Assembly (NCBI RefSeq): GCF_006345805.1
Contig: NW_021826268.1
Location: forward strand, 1 to 35,754
From: Octopus sinensis
Lineage: Eukaryota
Length of the DNA: 35,754 bases
Direction of reading: 5' to 3'
Notes under the pieces: generated by a model
Database searches by the model: none
What the model was told of the DNA's origin: nothing
What the model saw: the letters and a program-made list of their open reading frames with translations, nothing else
Program-made: the position numbers and the translations under genes
Part shown: in pieces, positions 31,981 through 35,754 of the stretch
How positions within the stretch are numbered: position 1 is the stretch's first letter
How the letters are laid out: every line of letters begins with the position of its first letter

Positions 31981-32559
31981 TACCTGAATTTCTTGACCAC
32001 AAAACCACATCGTATACTACACCGCTCTACACTGAACCCCTATACCAAGCAGTACCATATGACTCAATTTCACACGGCACCAGCGTCGTATTATATCATA
32101 CTGTGCCGCACTGTGCCGCAGTGCACCTCATCGCTCCGTACTGTATTGCTATGCACTTTGCCAGGTTATATTACATCACACAGCTCCGCACTTTACGTGC
32201 ATCACATTGCATCATGCTGCATCATTAAGCACATGACAGTGCACTACACCACAAGTAAACGAACCAATGAAAAACTTTCTACGCGGTGAAACTCGACTCG
32301 ACTCGTTAGAAATAGCAGCCAACGAGTCTCCTTCTAATCTCATCCGCTCTTCAGATACTAACAAATACAAACAACGGATCTAAGTGTTCTGTTCTGCCCC
32401 TGGGTTAAAAGGAAGATGTTTTTGTCTCCTTGCATAGAAACTTTGTCTCCATGTAGCTATATTTGAACACGTCCGCCCTCCTAAAACCATCACAAGGTTT
32501 TTACATTAAGAAAAACATTATGGACAGTTCAGGATAAAACAAAGAATGTGAGAGAGAGT

Positions 32560-33345
32560 GTGTGTTGTGTGGTTTTGTGTGTAATCAAGACTAACAAAAT
32601 TTTTTAGAAGTCAACAATGTGTGATTCTCAATAGGGAGGAGACATCTGAGAGCTGCTCATGGAAAAACCCCATAAAAAACCATGGGTACCCTGACTTTTG
32701 GGGCAGGTACCTTTTTCTTCTTTCGCCTTTTCCAATTACAGGCGTATGCTCAGGCCAGGCCCGTTCAGTCGCACCATCCTCGCCACTTTCATCCACTTTT
32801 CAGCAAACTGGCCAGAAGACAACACTTCCCTCTCGACCCTTATTTTCCTTTTCACGTGAAACTCGAAGAAGTTCTTCAGGGATTGGCCAAAGAGAAAAGT
32901 ATTTGTCTTCAACCCCTTCAATCTCGTCCACCATACAATCCCTTTCGCCATGGCCACCAGGCATATAAAAACAGCCTTTCCTTCCCGGTTAAAGAAAGGT
33001 GGCGGGACGATCTTCCCGATGGATTCAGTTGACAGCCGAATCCGACCCACATACGGCAGCAGGTGTTCGATATAAACCCATAGGTCAGCAATGCTGGACG
33101 AGTGCATGCAGGACCATCTCGTCGTCCTGCGGGTATCTTGGACGTGCTCGGCTGACGGCACTTTCGTGCCTGTAAAGTTTATCTCGAACAGGCAAAGCTT
33201 CCCGGTAGCACTGCTAGCCCAGAAATTTTTGGAAATTATCCATCAGTTCCGAAAGTTCTCCGCAAAAAGGGCAGCTGGCTGATCTTCTTCGACACCTAAG
33301 GTCTCTGCAAGAACGTCATCGCACTTTTCCTCCACTAATTTGCTA
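32560..33345 (-). mobile_element. L1/Tx1-clade LINE ORF2 C-terminus (zf-RVT region) plus 3' UTR, 5'-truncated
   Basis: MDNFQK...QCYREALPVRDKLYRH...VLHALVQ, then a frameshift, then IADLWVYIEHLL...FLFGQSLKNFFEFHVKRKIRVER...WMKVARMVRLNGPGLSIRL*. Confidence 0.85.
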
Positions 33346-33384
33346 TAAAAAGCTGAAGTGGACGTTCCACCTATCGCAGTGTCC

Positions 33385-33441
<57 letters not shown>

Positions 33442-33469
33442 AATGATGATGATGATTATGATGATGATT

Positions 33470-33508
<39 letters not shown>

Positions 33509-33510
33509 TT
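33385..33510. repeat. (AAT)n grading into (GAT)n
   Basis: Visible trinucleotide tract. Confidence 0.95.
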
Positions 33511-33660
33511 GATTTCTTTATTGCCCACAAGGGGCTAAACATAGAGGGGACAAACAAGGACAAAGAGATTAAGTCGATTACATCGACCCCAGTGTATAAC
33601 TGGCACTTAATCGACTCCGAAAGGATGAAAGGCAAAGTCGACCTCGGTAGAATTTGAACT
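33510..33660 (-). mobile_element. SINE family B (tail a), 5'-truncated
   Basis: TTTCTTTATTGCCCACAAGGGGCTAAAC tail and core. Confidence 0.88.
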
Positions 33661-33661
33661 C

Positions 33662-33703
<42 letters not shown>

Positions 33704-33828
33704 CTTTGGAATAAAATCGGCCCCTCCCACCGCTTCCTTGATATTCGGGTTGGCGGCTTTGATCCAGTTGGGTCCCGTTCGGCTTCAATGCAATCAAGAT
33801 AACATATGGTCTCTTAAATAAGATGGCA

Positions 33829-33898
<70 letters not shown>

Positions 33899-34166
33899 TG
33901 TGGCTATGTGTGCGTAAATGCGTTTGTGTTCTCGCTCTCTATTTATATATATATGTGTGCGTGTGCGTGTGTGTGTGAATGTATATATGTATAAATGTGT
34001 GTCTGTACACACATACAATTATGTTCGGTTCTATATTAAAGGTATTTTGGGAAATATTTCAGAATATTCCATTTCACCCTCGACGCAAGCAGCTCTCGTG
34101 ATTTTTTTAACGACGAGTTTGGCAAGTTCTTTGGCACACACACACACACACACACACGAACACACA

Positions 34167-34199
<33 letters not shown>

Positions 34200-34204
34200 T
34201 AATA

Positions 34205-34420
34205 ATAATAATCTTTTCTACTATAGGCACAAGAGCTGAAATTTGGGGCGAGGGGGTTAAGTCGATCACATCGACCCAGTATTCAACTGGTACTTAGTTT
34301 ATCGACTCCGAAAGGATGAAAGGCAAAGTCGACCTCGGCGGAATTTGAACTCAGAACGTAGCGGCAGACGAAATACCAGCTAAACATTTCGTCCGACGTG
34401 CTAACAATTCTGCCAGCCCG
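34205..34420 (-). mobile_element. SINE family B (tail b) with (ATT)n tail
   Basis: Complete head and core; tail CTTGTGCCTATAGTAGAAAAGATTATTATT on the minus strand. Confidence 0.88.
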
Positions 34421-34424
34421 CATT

Positions 34425-34550
34425 CCTCTTCTTCTTCTTCTTCTTATTCTTCTTCTCTTCTTCTTCTTCTTCTTCTTCTTCTTCTTCTTCTTCTTCTTCT
34501 TCTTCTTCTTCTTCTTCTTCTTTTTCTCTTCTTCTTCTTCTTTCTTCTTC
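34425..34550. repeat. (TTC)n microsatellite
   Basis: Visible tract; source of the poly-Arg spurious ORF. Confidence 0.95.
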
Positions 34551-34634
34551 TTATTATATTCTTATTAATGATTATTATTAATAGATTATTATAATAGCAG
34601 CACAACACAACAACAACAACAATAATAATAATAA

Positions 34635-34795
34635 GGCGAGTGGCCCAGTGGTTAGGTCTTTGCACTCACATCGCTAGTCCGTAGGTTCGATTTTGAGCGG
34701 TGCTTTGCTTTCTTGAGCAAAAGACTTCATTTCAGTCTATTCAGTTGTAAATGGATAAGCCTGCGACGGACTTGCCTTTCGATTAGAGGGAATTC
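34635..34795 (+). mobile_element. Meta/V-like SINE, shortened
   Basis: GGCCCAGTGGTTAGG...GGTTCGATT...TTCTTGAGCAAAAGACTTCATTTC...AGCCTGCGACGGACT. Confidence 0.6.
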
Positions 34796-34802
34796 TGGCC
34801 TG

Positions 34803-34863
<61 letters not shown>

Positions 34864-35171
34864 ATCCTATGACCCCCCCCACCAAAGGCAAAATGAGAGT
34901 CACTTACTGTAATGTGTTTTTTTGCATGACATTATTGCCCAATAATTGTCCTCTTTCCACGGAGGACCCTAATCTGTTTTCTCTTTTTACATTGACATTT
35001 CTGTGATACATGATCCCTATTGATCGGCTTTTTTTTTCCTTTTTTTCTTCCACGATCCCTTTTGATTGAAATTCGACCCATTTTTTTTCTTCTCTTCTTC
35101 CCCAAAAGAAAAGCTCTACTTTGTATTTTGTCCCCTCTGCGTTCAGCCTTGTGTGGCCAATAAAGAAACAT

Positions 35172-35236
<65 letters not shown>

Positions 35237-35260
35237 CTATCTATCGCTCTCTCCGTCTGT
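34803..35260. repeat. (TATC)n and (CT)n(CTAT)n microsatellites
   Basis: Tracts at ~34803-34862 and ~35172-35260. Confidence 0.9.
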
Positions 35261-35754
35261 CTGTCTATACGTTAAATAGTTCAAATGGAACAAAAAGAAT
35301 AGGAGACGGTCAGTGGACAGCGTGAGAGCTTATAATGGGCAGACATATAAATTCGGAGAAGGTAGAAGGTAGAGAAGAAAATATAAGCGAAATGTTGGAC
35401 ACAAAGAATGGTAAGAAAACAGAAGGCAAAGAAGTTGATGACATTTCGGATGAAGCTTTTATCGAATTAGAGTAAGAAATAGATGAGCAGAAAAAAAACG
35501 AACTATATCCATTGCTTTCTTTAATCGATGTTTAGTTTCATATTAGAGTTATCTCCCTTGTTTCTCAGATTATTTACTTTTCCCCGCCAGACTCGCACAG
35601 GACGCTTTGTTTATCGCAGTGTAATGCTTAATCTCACTGTGGAAATATATCAGCGATTAGCAGAGGTGGATTAGGATATCCGTAATGAACATCACAACAT
35701 CCACCTCGGCTGCCTGTCGGTCAGTTCGTCTCATATGTATGTGTGTGTGCTGTG

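Larger units (their letters stand above)
30135..32280. repeat. Large diverged inverted duplication (foldback) centred near 30750
   Basis: 30508-30647 is the reverse complement of ~30855-31010. 30350-30410 matches the reverse complement of ~31520-31575. Pentamer-like GTGT/ACAC arrays lie on both outer sides. Confidence 0.75.

Overview
Eukaryotic, AT-rich, repeat-dominated window. The SINE, LINE and microsatellite landscape looks like a cephalopod (Octopus-like) genome, which is an inference. The only well-supported host gene is a two-exon, + strand retinol-dehydrogenase-like short-chain dehydrogenase/reductase: exons 4942-5340 and 8222-8887, canonical GT-AG phase-0 intron, 354 aa, with an atypical cofactor motif and active site. 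The rest is tRNA-derived SINEs of several modular families, LINE fragments (RTE, L1/Tx1, R4/Dong-like RLE, Penelope-like), non-autonomous DNA elements (Helitron, Helentron-type, hAT-type MITEs) and microsatellites. Most ORFs in the supplied track are microsatellite or SINE artefacts. Top leads: (1) an apparently circularly permuted, ORF1-only (gag-like) retroelement at 16.2-19.0 kb, enclosed by a pair of inverted subrepeat-containing TIRs; (2) a minimal type I hammerhead ribozyme fold with a variant core at 29-71; (3) the intact but catalytically odd SDR; (4) a ~2.1 kb diverged foldback at 30.1-32.3 kb. All alignments were done by eye and many repeat boundaries are approximate (about +/-10-20 nt).
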